The notes beneath the pieces are model-generated. The model did not search any database, was not told the origin of the DNA, and saw nothing but the letters and a program-made list of their open reading frames with translations. Source: Pocillopora damicornis (Eukaryota). Taken from it: a DNA stretch of 64,000 bases. Location of the stretch: assembly GCF_003704095.1 (NCBI RefSeq), contig NW_020847586.1, positions 248,001 through 312,000 on the forward strand. Reading direction: 5' to 3'. How positions within the stretch are numbered: position 1 is the stretch's first letter; each line of letters begins with the position of its first letter. Shown one piece after another: positions 1-12,700 of the stretch. The translations under genes and the position numbers were made by a program.

Positions 1-390
1 GCTAAGCTTCTGAACATGTTTAATACTAGGAAATTTTACACACCAACCTTTCACTTAACTATACAATTCAATTTCTTAGAGTGAAACTTAATCCACCTTG
101 TTTTGAAAACACAAGTGTAAGGAGTGGTCCATATATATTTGGGTCAGGTAAACCGAAAAGTTACCACAAAAATTTATATCACAGATTGAAGAATTCCATT
201 GACAGAAGATATCATTTCCTATTATTTAAAGTGGTAACATCTTGTACTCCATGAAAACTTGCAAGGAGAGGCATTTACGAAAAAAGATTTATAATGTTTG
301 AAAAGAAATGTATCAAGAACAGTGTGGAAAATATTCATAACGATGTTAGGGTGTTAAAGGTTAATGTCTGCTAATCTCTTTTTATTTCAG

Positions 391-3300
391 GATGCTGATA
401 ATGTTTGGTGGGATGCATTTGCATCAGAATTTTTTGATGATGACGCTACCCTGACATTAAGCTTTTGCTTGGAAGATGGGCCAAAAAGATATTGTATGTC
501 TCACTTAGAGCCTCTTTAAATCCTTAATGACCACACCTTTATTCATATTTTTTAGTCATTTTTGTTAACTTTTTGTTAACTTTTTTACCCCCTTACTTGG
601 ATATAACTAGATTTGCAAGACTTGAATTTCAGAATCTGGTAGAAAATGTTGGGAAAATATGTCACAGTCTGTAACTTCCTAAATATTGATGAGAATAGTG
701 CCATAGAGAAGCTGTTGTCCTTTTTCTGATTGGTCTATTTATCCGTTAAAGCAAATTATTGTTAAATAGGAGGAACAAAACTTTGGGTGAATAGAGAGAA
801 CTGTAGGGCTGTGTTAGCCTCTTTTCACCAGCATAAGCATGTTTGGGATTTTCTTGGAGGCCACATTTGGCATCATGTTTTTTTTAATAAACACATATTT
901 AGCAAAATTTGAATTAAAAAAAGACTCCTTGTGTGGTTCTCTGGAATGTCCAAACCCTGTGGAGAGATTTAGGAATTTGAGAAACTTAAAATTTATGGAA
1001 CTTAGGATGAAATTTCTTAAGGCGTTTGGAACAATATACAATTTTATATGTGAGTGTGATAGAAATATTTACAAGGACAGTGCATTGCTCTTTGGTCTCA
1101 CACTTTTAACATTTTTTTCCCTTTTTTTTTAAAAATTCTTTTAGCTATTGGACGGAACTTGATTCCAAGATATTTCCGAAGTATATTTGAAGGGGGAGTC
1201 AAAGAACTGTATTATCATGTGGTGCAGCCAAAAGAGTCCTACCACAACAACACTAGTACAATAACATTAGACTGTGAAAATACAACGATGATTACACATC
1301 ATAAAATGCCAGTCTTCACCAAGGTTTGTATCACAGGTGGTCTGCTCCTTGTTGGGTGGTCATAAGTGTTGATTAGGTAAACATAAACACTTCATAACCT
1401 TGTCCAAATTGAGGACTAAAAATCGAAAATTTGTCACATGGAGAAGCTTTCCTTGTAGTAAGATAAGACATGGTCCAACAGATACACAATTAAATTTTCA
1501 ATTCAATAGTGACAACAATTCTTAATTTTAGTGACCTTTGTGCGACAGGGTACAGCATCTTACATGTTAACCCTTCAACTTCAAAGATCTGATTGTTAAT
1601 TCTTCTCTCTAGTTGTTACACATTTCCTTGTAAATTGGTTACAAGAATTGGGTGTTAGATCAAGATTACAACTTTTACTGGATTGGTTTGAGTAGTCTCA
1701 TTATCTCTTTGCCTACCAAAGTATGGATGTTGCAGGGTGGAGTTGCATGTCTATCTCTTCTGGGTTAAGATTCAGTTCACATTTGTTTGGCTGCAGTGAC
1801 TTCAGGGAAAATGAAACTTTTAAACCAAATTTTACAGTTTTAGTGTAAACACAAAAGTGACCAACCAAATTAGCAGAAACGCTTCTCAGTCATCTTTTGT
1901 TCCTTCCATCCTGAGCATTTGTTGACATGATTGAATTTAGTTTGAAATCATTGTTCTTTCCCTGTGAGGTGATTAGTCAAATTGATTCATGTGACGCTAT
2001 TAACAGTAGTGACACAATAATTTTCAGCCATAGCTGTACTTATCTATATTTTGTATTGGTTGAAAGATTGTGATATACAATATGTATTTGCCCTCCAGTA
2101 GACAAACAGGATGGTCCCAGTGACTCTTAGAGGGAGGGTTGAAGGGTCCATATCCCCTTTCCCCACCATACTTCTGATGGAATATTGATATTTTTTATTA
2201 GATTTGTCTAATGTCTAATTGCAGGGGGGGGGGGGTTGGATGGAGATTGTTTGAGAAGTAAACCTCCCTCCCTTGATCCACCCCTGATCCTCCTGATATA
2301 TTAGACTGGAATTTTGATCTATTTATGTTTAGTAATGAAAGACCTTTTTTGACAAATACATCATACATGTATGTTCTTGTCGTGTTGCAGGTTTGTACAG
2401 AAGGCCGTTTGTTACTGGAGTTCACAATGGATGAACTAATGAGGATAAGAAACTGGCATTTTGCCATTCGGCATTACACTGAAATGATCCCACGCAATGT
2501 CATTGTTGGGGCTCAAGATCCAAACTTTTTGGATCAGTTGTCCAAGAATATTACAAGACAAGGAATGACAAATGTCACCCTGAATTATCTAAGGGTAAGA
2601 ATGGGGAATTTTATTTCGGAGAAGTTCAGGTCAAGTCTTAAGGGAATGTCATTTCTGAACTCAGGTCATTGTGGTCTCTTTATGGGTTCCCTCACAGCAC
2701 ACCCAGAAACAATCACTGAATGCTGAAATGTGAATTTTAACATGACCTTTTTATGTTTTTTAATAACTGGTTCTTCTTCTCAAAATACTGTGGTCCTGCT
2801 ATATAAAATAATGTACAACTCTTTCTTCATAAAACTTTTTTCCAACCTTTTTTGTTTAAATTTTTTTGTGATGAGAGCTTTGCTCAGGCAGCAAACCGAT
2901 GTATGAGTGATGCAACACACCCATGGCTATATAAATGTGATAAAGGAATATTCCCTAAAATCTGCTATACAAACCAGTCGGTGCTGATAATTTGTTGCCT
3001 GTGTAATGTTATCCTTCTGGCGTTCCCATTATAATTCTTTCTAAAAACAAACCTGTTGAATTTCTTACAGCTTTGCGTCATTCTGGAACCAATGCAAGAG
3101 CTCATGTCTCGTCACAAAACCTACAACATGAACCCCAGAGGTGAGCTACTGCAAGTCTCATGATTTGAACCTGTATTTAGTTCTAAGCTGTAAAGAGACT
3201 TTTTCCCATCATTTTTTACAGATCTTAATGAAGGATTGAAAAATTATGTAAAGATCTTCATAGTAAAATAGGAGTTTGCGAAGCTCATCTGAAGTGGCTC

Positions 3301-6300
3301 AGGAGATATTGATTAGGCATCCAATAAGATTTCAAACAAGTATTCTTAAAGGAACAGATCATTGCCAATCCGAAAAGACATCATTTGTTTCTGTCGTTTG
3401 CCAAGACTTTTCGTATAATGTTACTCATTTATCTTTGATTATCTATGCAACATGCATAATATGAAATAAAACTTCAAATGTTCAAACTTTAGACAAAAAT
3501 GATTTTTTGTGTCTGCAGATTGTTTGAAATCCACTCTTTTCCAGAGATGGCAAAGAATGTGTGCCCCTCCAGGTATTGAGCAAATTATATTATTCTGCTT
3601 TTTTGTTTTTTCAGAATTTGAACTGATTTCTTTTTAGAATTTGGCATAGCATTTTATTTCAAATTTTTGGTAACTTTGCTCTATGGTTTCTAATTTAATT
3701 TAGAATGTATTTAAATAAATTGTGATTGCCCAGGTTTAGTTAGTTCTGAAGAGGACTACTGTTGGTAACAGAGACTGAATTTATGACACACTGAGCAGAA
3801 TTCATAATAAGAGGCTAAAAGTGTCCAAAAGTGTCTCTTAGATAAGATAGATAATGAGGGTATGCAGAACAAGCAAGGGATTAACCCTTTAACTTCCAAG
3901 ATCCAATTGTGAATTCTCCCTTCTAGCTTCAACTCATTCCCTTGTAAATTAGTAACGGGAATTTGGTGATAGATCAAGATAACAACTTCTACCCGTCTTA
4001 GTTTGAATATTCTCATTACCTGTTTGCTCAATAATGTATGGATATTTTAGGGAGAAGTTGCATGTTAATCACTTTTGGGAGTTAAAGGATTAAAGGAAAT
4101 AATTTGCAAAATGATTACCATTTTGCACAAGCTGAGCTAACTGATTGATCCTGACATACATATCTTTGCAAATCTTACCACAGATTATAACCAAGGCAAC
4201 GAAATGATGTGGCAGCCGAATACTCCAACTACACCAGGTAAGGTCTTGTTTTGCCTAATTTGGTTTCACTCTGTAGGTTTTGCTAACTTAGTATTATTTT
4301 CCTTTGATTTTATTGATTTCCTTTTTAGTTTTAAAAATAACATGTTTGTATTGGTTGCTTGTGTTTAGCAGAATTCCTTTCATCATTCGATAAGGTTATC
4401 CTTGTAAGGTTTTTGTAAACTCACTATCAGGGCTACTCAGAAAATTTTGCAAGATTTCCAAAGTAACTAATTTTTTGGCATTTGGCCAAAGTGGTGGTTG
4501 AGAATATTGATTTTTTTTTTAAATTTTCTTTTTTGGCCAGTTTACTTTTAAATTTACATTGAAGAGTCCAAAGCCCTGATAGTCAGAACCCATATGCCCA
4601 AGATCAGTTTCTTTTGAGCCATGACAAAAATGTCCCCAATGGCCATTGGTGATGTAAAGTTTGTGCATGTTCATTAATTGCTCAAGCAGTTGATGAGATT
4701 CAGACAAGAATGCTCATAAGACCTGTCATTCAGGGCCTTTATTGCGGCAGTGTAAAGTCATGTAAATAAGTACTCAGCTGAGAAGCCAGTACTTTCAGCC
4801 CCTAAACATGGCCACCCTGGTTGAAAGACTGTTTCATGGCAGCTAGGACTGTATTTTAACAAGGAGCCATTTTTTTTAACCTATCCAATGCATGTAAGTC
4901 AAAAATGGCTGCTGGATGATGATCCTAAATTAGAAGAGCACACATCTTATATATACCTGTTTTACCCCAAAGGATCCCCTTTTCCTAAACTTCTTGAGAG
5001 AACCTTGACTGGGCAGCCTGCTTCCAAAAAAGGTTAGCCTCAGTTCCAATCTTAAACAGTGTTTGATCATAGGTAGACTGGCTTGGTCAACATAGGCTAG
5101 CCAACGTTTTTTCCACAGGAAAACCAGCTTGATACTTGACTACGATCGTCTTAAGGCCTTTTGTCTGGGGAATTTTGCAGTTTAATTCTGTTTTAAAATT
5201 GAATCAGTCTTAAGGAGTCAAATCTTGTGGTCAAACACTGTTTGAAATCTTAGAGAGAGCATGAAATACTTAAAACAGGGATCCAAACTGCAGCTGCACT
5301 GTGTATTTTTAGTAGACATTGCAGACAACATTCAAGTGTCTTCTGTTTTTCAGAAACCCAACTGCACAATTGTAAAGCAGATTTGGGCTCTTCTGTGCCC
5401 TGGTTGATGTTTTTAAAGCATCTTATCCTAGTGTTACCAATTTCCCAGAATTGACCTTTTCAATTAATACAAGGCTGTTGCAAAAAAAGTCTGCTATATT
5501 TTGCAACAGTGCAATCATTGTTTCGCTGAAAACGTTTCGCTGTTGAAGAATTTTCCGTACTAAGCAGGCGTTTAAGTTAGAAATATTGTAAATAATTTAG
5601 TTTTTCCAACTTTATTGCAAAAACAAAATAAAAATCCCCTAATCCGCATATGCAACACATATTTCCAGAGAATTGCTATCAACATTCAAGTCTACCAATT
5701 TTCCTGAGGTCTCTTCACCATGTCTTAACAGGAAATATTTTTTACAAGTTAGTCGCGAGCGTTGGACCAAAAAAAATTGAAGTCTAAGTACCTGGTGAGG
5801 ATTTTCACCGTGGACTTTTCCATTTCCAATTCAGAGATTTTAGTAGAGATATCCTTTATCCTGTAAAATTTATTTCCACGGAGTTAGGCCTCGCACTACG
5901 TCCTAAAAAGAGGAAGACATGAGGATATAACCCCAGCCATTCCCCACTTTATGGTCAGATGTTGTATCATTAAGCCACAGAGAATTCTGTGGTGCGTCAG
6001 GTCATTTGAAATGGGACGCGCGTCTTTCATACTGCCAGAGTCGGCAGTGTCAAAAGCGTCCCGAGCGAAGATAGAGTAAAAATTTTGAGCTTAGACCCTC
6101 ATCGAATAAAGAATGTTGGCAGACATTTTTCCTGAGCTTAAGTAAAACAAAAACCTGAGAATTCAATAAATTCTATTTTTGCTAGTGGATTAAGTGATAA
6201 TGGTAACTATAGGGTGACGGTGAAGATGGGAGACATCTTACCCGCAAGAAAGCTAGTAAGGCAGCAGTTTAAATCGTTATCCTTACTAACTCACTCTAAA

Positions 6301-8759
6301 CCGAGGGTTCCCTTTGTGAGTTTGGTTTCTTTCTTATTGCTCTCTTACATTTCCTGAAATTAATGAATTAAGTTTCTTGTTTCCCACCAGCAGAAACGCC
6401 TCGTCCTACGAGGACAAGGCGGAAACGGAAACCTACAAATACAAACTCATCGACCCCTAATACTGGGATGAACAGCACTTCCGGCAAAAAGAAGTCGCCA
6501 AGTGCGTCCGGGTTTACTCTGGCGACCCAGGATGTAATGGTTGTCGGCGAACCTTCTCTGATGGGCGGCGAATTCGGAGACGAAGATGAGCGGCTCATTA
6601 CAAGGTGAAATGTTGTTCTGTCATTGATAAAAAAGAGGTTAAGCCGTGCTCACACCAGTTAGTTTCTCGTAACAAGTGGTGCAGATGTCAAGGGAACTTT
6701 TGTTTTATTCATTAGCGAAGAAAACGTGTCAGTAGTATTTGATAAAGAAAATTTGCTAAACCCGATGTTAAGTTATGGGTGTAGTGTACTTCAGAACCTA
6801 GTAAGTTTTACCTGCGCTATCGAAAGTATCATAAATTTCAACAAAACTGATCGCGTGTTAAGGTTTCAAGAATTAACTTCAAGTGTGCTTAAAATTCGAT
6901 TATGGAGGCCGCCATTTTGATTCTTGCTTAGCAACCTAGCCACTCGCCTTCGACGTAAAGAACACTCTTTTCCCAGGACACGACTTCTTGTTCGAAAGCC
7001 CACGTCGGTGTCTACTAAGGATAAAATGTTGCGTTTTCGTTTTACTGTCGAGCAACATTAAAGGAAAAGTTGAAAAGGAAACCAGCTAGTGTTAATGCGG
7101 CTGTTGAGGAAAACGTAGAAGTTCCAATGAGACCTTGCACTACTGCTAAAAAAAACTAGCAGGCTTCGACGAGATTCGAATTAATGTGTGGGAGCCAGGT
7201 ACTTAAATCTAGTCGAAGCCTTGATTTTCGTAGGCTTCTTTTTAATAGTAGTTTATTCCCTTATTTAACCCTTTATAATGTTATTTGAAATGCTGCCGTT
7301 GGTAATATGCATAGATAGTTCATGTAGATTATTCTTAACCCTTTGCACTCTAACATCAGTATGTATATTCTCCATACTGCTCTCTATAAATTCTTAAGGT
7401 CCTGACAAGGAGAATTTGTTTAACAGTCAAGAGCTTTTTTAGTTGGTGATCATTTCCTATATTCTTGTTACTCTTATGGGTGACTTAGGGGTGATATTGT
7501 GAGGAGAATTTAGATGTTAGTCGCTTCCAGGGGACAGAAGATTAAAATGTGGGGTGTGAATATCCAGTAACGGTTCTTCTTCACTTCAGATTGGGTTGTG
7601 ATGATGGTGAGAGCAGTTTCCTTGACATTAGGCCCTCGGTGAGTGTTTATCCTCCCTCTCGCATTAATTTACCTCTGACAAATAGATAATGAGCTGATGA
7701 TCCAAAGACTTAACACCTCGCAGAATTTGTCCAATTACGATAAATGTAAATAGGGGATCATTTGGTGAATGCGTTTTAACTGTTTCCTCCCGTTGATTTA
7801 CGTACTGTAAGGTCGATATTCACGAGCCGTTTTATTTTAAAATTGTGTTATTTTGTCAGAGGGAAATTGAAGAGGGAGGGTGAACCGAACGACAACTCTG
7901 ACCTTGCACTGTATTTAAAGCGATAGAAGACTTTTTCTTTGTGTGCAAAACTTCGTCTGTCGCCAAGGGAGCTGGGAGACTGCGAGACAGTTATGCTTAT
8001 CCGCGTTTCGGGGTTTCCTTACTTTCGAGAGTTCTTCCAACTTTGCGATGGTTACATAACCACAGAGAAGAGTTATTTTGCTTTCAAACGATATTTCTCA
8101 AAATATATGTGATAATCGAGAACGTCACATCCGCGTTTACATACCCTAGTCTAAACACGTGTATCGACCAATCAGAAAGCCCGTGGTATCTCTGTTATTG
8201 TTTGATAAAAATTGCAGATTAAAAATCGAAGTAACACTCGAAAATTATGATCTTAGATTTCGCTTAAATGAAATATTATGACAAACATTTGTCGAGATCC
8301 AACGGCGTTGTTTAATAGATTCACACGAGACAAGTTTTCTAAATGTTGAGATAAGCATTGCACAAAGCGGTTTCATCAACAATTTACCCCTAAGCGTTGT
8401 GGGAGAGGCCGGGAGAGGGATGTAAGACGCAAATTGAAAATTTTTTATTAAGATACTGGAGATCAAGTGTTGGAATATTTCCCTTCTCGCGAGTGAAAGG
8501 GAAAAGTTTTTTTTTCTTTTCTTTCGTAAGTTCATCTTAGTCATTGCTAAATTTACACGAGTACTATTTAGAGCATCCGTCGTGACCAATCGTATCAGTG
8601 ATATCTTTGATTTCCACTTTCAGACTGGAGAACACTCAGTATGATGCCAGCAATGGTGTCGGCGACGACGGAGACTTTGGTAACAGCCCTATGAGTGGAA
8701 GTCCGAGCCTTTGGAGTGCGGACAGAAAACCTACTCAAGACGACAGTGCCGGAGACTGA
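391..8759 (+). CDS. LDB: LIM domain-binding protein (LDB1/LDB2/Chip family); 5' end lies outside the window
   Basis: Phase-consistent GT-AG exons: 391-493 (DADNVWWDAFASEFFDDDATLTLSFCLEDGPKRY), 1145-1323 (IGRNLIPRYFRSIFEGGV...FTK), 2391-2594 (VCTEGRL...LSKNITRQGMTNVTLNYLR), 3071-3140 (LCVILEPMQELMSRHK), 3519-3572 (DCLKSTLFQRWQRM), probable 4184-4237, 6391-6604 (RRKRK NLS; LIM-interaction domain DVMVVGEPSLMGGEFGDEDERLITR), 8624-8759 (LENTQYD...TGA). These motifs are diagnostic for LDB proteins. Confidence 0.96.
1567..1768. mobile_element. ~200-bp TTAA-flanked MITE (subfamily A)
   Basis: TTAACCCTT...AAGATCTGATTGTTAATTC...GGGTTAA; homologous to copies at 3881, 28493 and 31129. Confidence 0.8.
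3881..4093. mobile_element. ~210-bp TTAA-flanked MITE (subfamily A)
   Basis: Terminal inverted repeats TTAACCCTTTAACTTCCAA / TTGGGAGTTAAAGGATTAA. Confidence 0.85.
7335..7545. mobile_element. ~210-bp TTAA-flanked MITE (subfamily B)
   Basis: TTAACCCTTTGCACTCTAACATCAGTATG...GGAGAATTTAGATG...TTAA; homologous to 10454, 26858, 44438, 46397 and a reversed partial copy at ~295-364. Confidence 0.8.
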
Positions 8760-9736
8760 CAGAGAAGCACTGGCNNNNNNNNNNNNNNNNNNNNNNNNNN
8801 NNNNNNNNNNNNNNNNNNNNNNNNNNNNNNNNNNNGCAGATGCCCGTTTTAATATTACGCTTTGTTGACCCTACTCGGTCTGAGGACATAACAGGACAGT
8901 TGTACTTGAAGGCCACATCAGACCTCTGGTCACAAGTTTGTAAACATACACTCTGTAAAAAGAGGTTAAATGTAGAGATTTTATGAGGGATGTTTAAAGA
9001 TATTTATGCTCTTTCTGGTGAAGTTCTCGCTACAGAATGATATAATTATGACTAGCCATCGCCCTCTTGTATTCACTGTTTATTAGTCAAGTTTACCGAC
9101 ATAAAGTATTTTGCATCTTTTTCTTTTCATGAAAATAAAAAAAAGGTCTTTGTTCTCATGGTATTTAAGTGACAATGTTCACGAAGCAGCTACGTATCAG
9201 ACAACGATTTGTTTGGAGCGGGGTGATATTTCTGACTTTATCAGATTTGTCAAACTGCTTCCGCAGGCGTTTGGCTTAAGTGTCATAACTCTAAAAACCA
9301 GTAAAGTAATCTCGATGACCAGTCAAAATAAAGGAGTGTTGGCGCCGAAAAACGCAAGTCGTTTTTTTTATCCTGACTTTGCATCTGATTGATTAGGAGG
9401 GTTGCTCGAGATTTCTGCACAAAGACAGAAAGAAGAAAAGGAAAAAAATAGAAACATCTTCACATAATAAATTTCTTATTCTAAAAATATCATTTAAGGC
9501 AAAAAAGAAAGTCACTCGTCTCAAATTTTGAAATTTCCAAAAGGTTCGCGAGAAGAGTTTACCAGAGGAGACTTACATCAATAGATAAATAGCTCAAGAA
9601 GAATATTAGTAGACTAAAAAATGGAAAAAACAAGCGCCAACCTCCCTAAGAAGAAGTCTCCCTGCTTTGGAAAGAACAGATTTACTAAATGATAAGTACT
9701 CTTCTGTTGATTAAACGCTGCAACAGTTTGAGTCGA

Positions 9737-12700
9737 TCACAACACTCCATTAATAAGATTTTGTTTAAAAAACAAAGCCTTCTCTAGTTTTCGGACTTTA
9801 GTTTGTACATCCGCTGGCCTCATTTCTATGCGGTCTGCCAAAACACCCAACAGCTCTTTGTACGAACTATGAAAATAAGTGTCCTGATCAGCATGGTCTG
9901 CTGAGTAACAAATGTACTTCAAATCATTACTCTCAACTGAACCACTCCCATGTACAAATTCCACGTTGATTCCACGCGAACGCATTTTGTCGAAACAACT
10001 TCCAGTGCCACTTTCAGAGTCGTCCACATGTCTGCACGTGGCGGGAAAACTTGTAACCTGGGGCGTGTCCGTACTATTGAAATCCTCGTCCCGTTGTCTT
10101 GTCATTAAGCTCTTGAACAGTTGTGCATACCTGCTCTGGCTCTCCTCGTTCGTGATTCGGTTCGCGCGCAAATTTTTCTGTTGACTTCCGGTGTAAACGC
10201 GGTCGGCTGGCTCCCACGAACCAGAAATGTCCGATTTACAAAACGCGCTGTATGACGTAGGGTCACCAACAAGTTCAAACTGTTCATCTGTCCAAGGAAT
10301 ACCATTATGAAATTTCTTGGCTTCGCAATGCTTCCAGCTTTTCAGCCAATCAGTGAACAGGGGAATTGTGTGACAAGTTCCTTCTTTTGAGCTTAATTCC
10401 ATGGGTATGGCTTTTTCTTCCTGGTCCCTACGAGTCAGGATTTACAAAGTATATTGACCCTTTACACCCCAATATCAGTCAGTCAATATCAATATCTCCA
10501 TACTGTTCTATATACATTTCCTAAGGTACTGACCGGGCGAGTTTATTTAACAATCAATTTTGTGATCATTTCTTTAATTCTTGCGACCCTAATGTTTGAT
10601 TCACCAGTGATATGGTTAGGGAAATTAGATGTTAGTCACTCTTATAGGTCAAAGGATCAGATAAGGCCTGAAATAATCACACTCCACACAGCAATCAAAC
10701 GTCTGCGCATGTAAAAAATTTGTAATAGTACAGGCTGTCAGAATCAAATTGTAAGTGATAAACAACTGCACAAGTCGGTATGCCATGGTGTTTAAAAAGC
10801 GTGTTACTTTTTTTGTTGTTTTTATGAAGCATAACAAAAATGGTAATTCAACAGGATACTCGCCATCAATTAAGCGTTGTGCTACTAAAGTCTCGAGTTT
10901 TCCTTTTCCCAACTGTTGTTTCATTTCACATATTTTTTATTAACGCAGCAACTGTAGTCTCATTTTACGTAGCAGCTGTGACCGAATTAACCACATGGAT
11001 TTCAATTTGCCGATTGCCAGCTACAGTCGTCAAACTAAAAATTAGAATTACTAATTTGATCCTCAATAAGTTAACTCTATGCGTGCCTACCTTGAAGCTT
11101 CAATCTTTGTTTTTTGTTTTTCTTTGTTCGTTTTTAGATATTTTGTTTACAAATTATTTAGTTTTACTTGTGCTTACTTTTCTGTTTTGTCGTCAATTCC
11201 GTAGCAGAGTTTCAAGGCAACAACAATGAAAGCCATAGCACCAGCTTCAAGATTTGGAATGGAGGTCTGGAGAGCTGGGTGGATTTTGGTTTTAACTTTC
11301 ACCTTTTCTGCTAGTTTGCGCACTACACCATGAAGAAAACCTGTTATAAAACACACTGACAAAATAAGACAACTGCAGGGTAGTTTCAGCCCACGGCATT
11401 ATAATCTATTCTGCGTCTAATGATAGACCCCATCTTAGCCTCTTTTGGGCAACTGTGTTAACTTTTTAACCGCAAATCTTCCCATTTTTAATCCCTCCTT
11501 ACCAGAATTTTTCTAACCCCAAAAATCCCGAAAATTTGCGACCCCGATCTAGTAACTGATGAAAACGCAATCCCATAATAGTCAATCCAATTGTGAAAAT
11601 AAGACAACTGCTGGGAATTTTTTGGCCGGCGGCATGCGTATTTAATTTTATTTGCTTTTCAGGGAAGTTCAGGGTGAGTGACGCTCCCCTATCACGCTTA
11701 CCGCGCGCACGTCTTGCGCATCTGCTCGGGAAGGGGAGGGCCATATATAAAAAGAATATGCTTGTGAAGCAGGCTAGGTATCTTAAGTCAGCGTGCTTAA
11801 CAGAAATAATAGCTTTACCTTAACGGTACTATCTTTCCATTGAGAGATTGCTGTCGCCATTGCCGATACAGAGAGCTCAGTTTTCTACTGGTTACAAATC
11901 AAATGGGAACAAAGGGAATTTACCTACAGACATTTCACAAGTTTGCTCACGTTGTCCACTGTTTCCAGATCGAATTGGAATTTGGAAATGTTGATTTTGT
12001 GGGGGACAACGACGAGAAGCCACAAAAAACTCAACCCATGTGACGCTAGGGGCCCACTTCTCGAACGTTTTGGTAACTTATCGGGCCCGAAGCCATACTT
12101 CAAAATCAAAATTTTGTAAATAGAGAAGCAGGTTATAGCACTCTAACTGGTCCACTTTGTTTCTTAAGCTGATAGTCTTATTGTATAATTCTTAAAACTT
12201 TTGAAACATCCATCTTGAATGAAAACAAAAGAGCAGCAGAGAGAGGTCCGAGACCATATTTTTAACTCAAAATTTATACATAAGAGAAGCAGTTTCTAAT
12301 ACCCTAGCCAGTCGATTTTGTTTCTTTGGCTGGTAATTATTTTATATCGTTTTCAAAACCCCGGGTGGGAGGCGAGAGCTCTCCGCTCCCCCACGTGCTG
12401 GTCTTAGAATGAACAAGGAATTTTTCAAATTACCTTCGGCTGAGCCTCTTGCGTTGATTATGAAATATCATAGAGTCTGGTTGCAGTGAAAATTTATCCT
12501 ACAGCTGTTTCTCACCTGGTAGATGCAGATCTGTGATAAAACGTGCAGTGTAGGTGGATAATTTAGGTTCTGGAAAACACGGAAGTTGTAATAGCTTTGC
12601 AATCCTTGATGCATGTCGAAGAATGGACGATACTGGGGGAACTCTGGTAAATGAATTTTGAATAACTAGTGAGAGGAAGATTTATATCATGATAAGAAAA

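Noticed and set aside
5849-5857. ATATCCTTT, a U12-type 5' splice-site consensus in an LDB intron
   Set aside because: No plausible coding exon ends there and the LDB reading frame is complete with GT-AG introns; likely chance.
7139-7252. Imperfect inverted repeat (AGGCTTCGAC...GTCGAAGCCT) as a structured ncRNA
   Set aside because: It looks like a decayed palindromic dispersed repeat (similar remnant near 27835-27910); no ncRNA family hallmarks.
9737-10402. 221-aa ORF as a stand-alone orphan gene
   Set aside because: It has a phase-compatible acceptor at 10428-10430 and resembles the TAF1B C-terminus; it is the last TAF1B exon.
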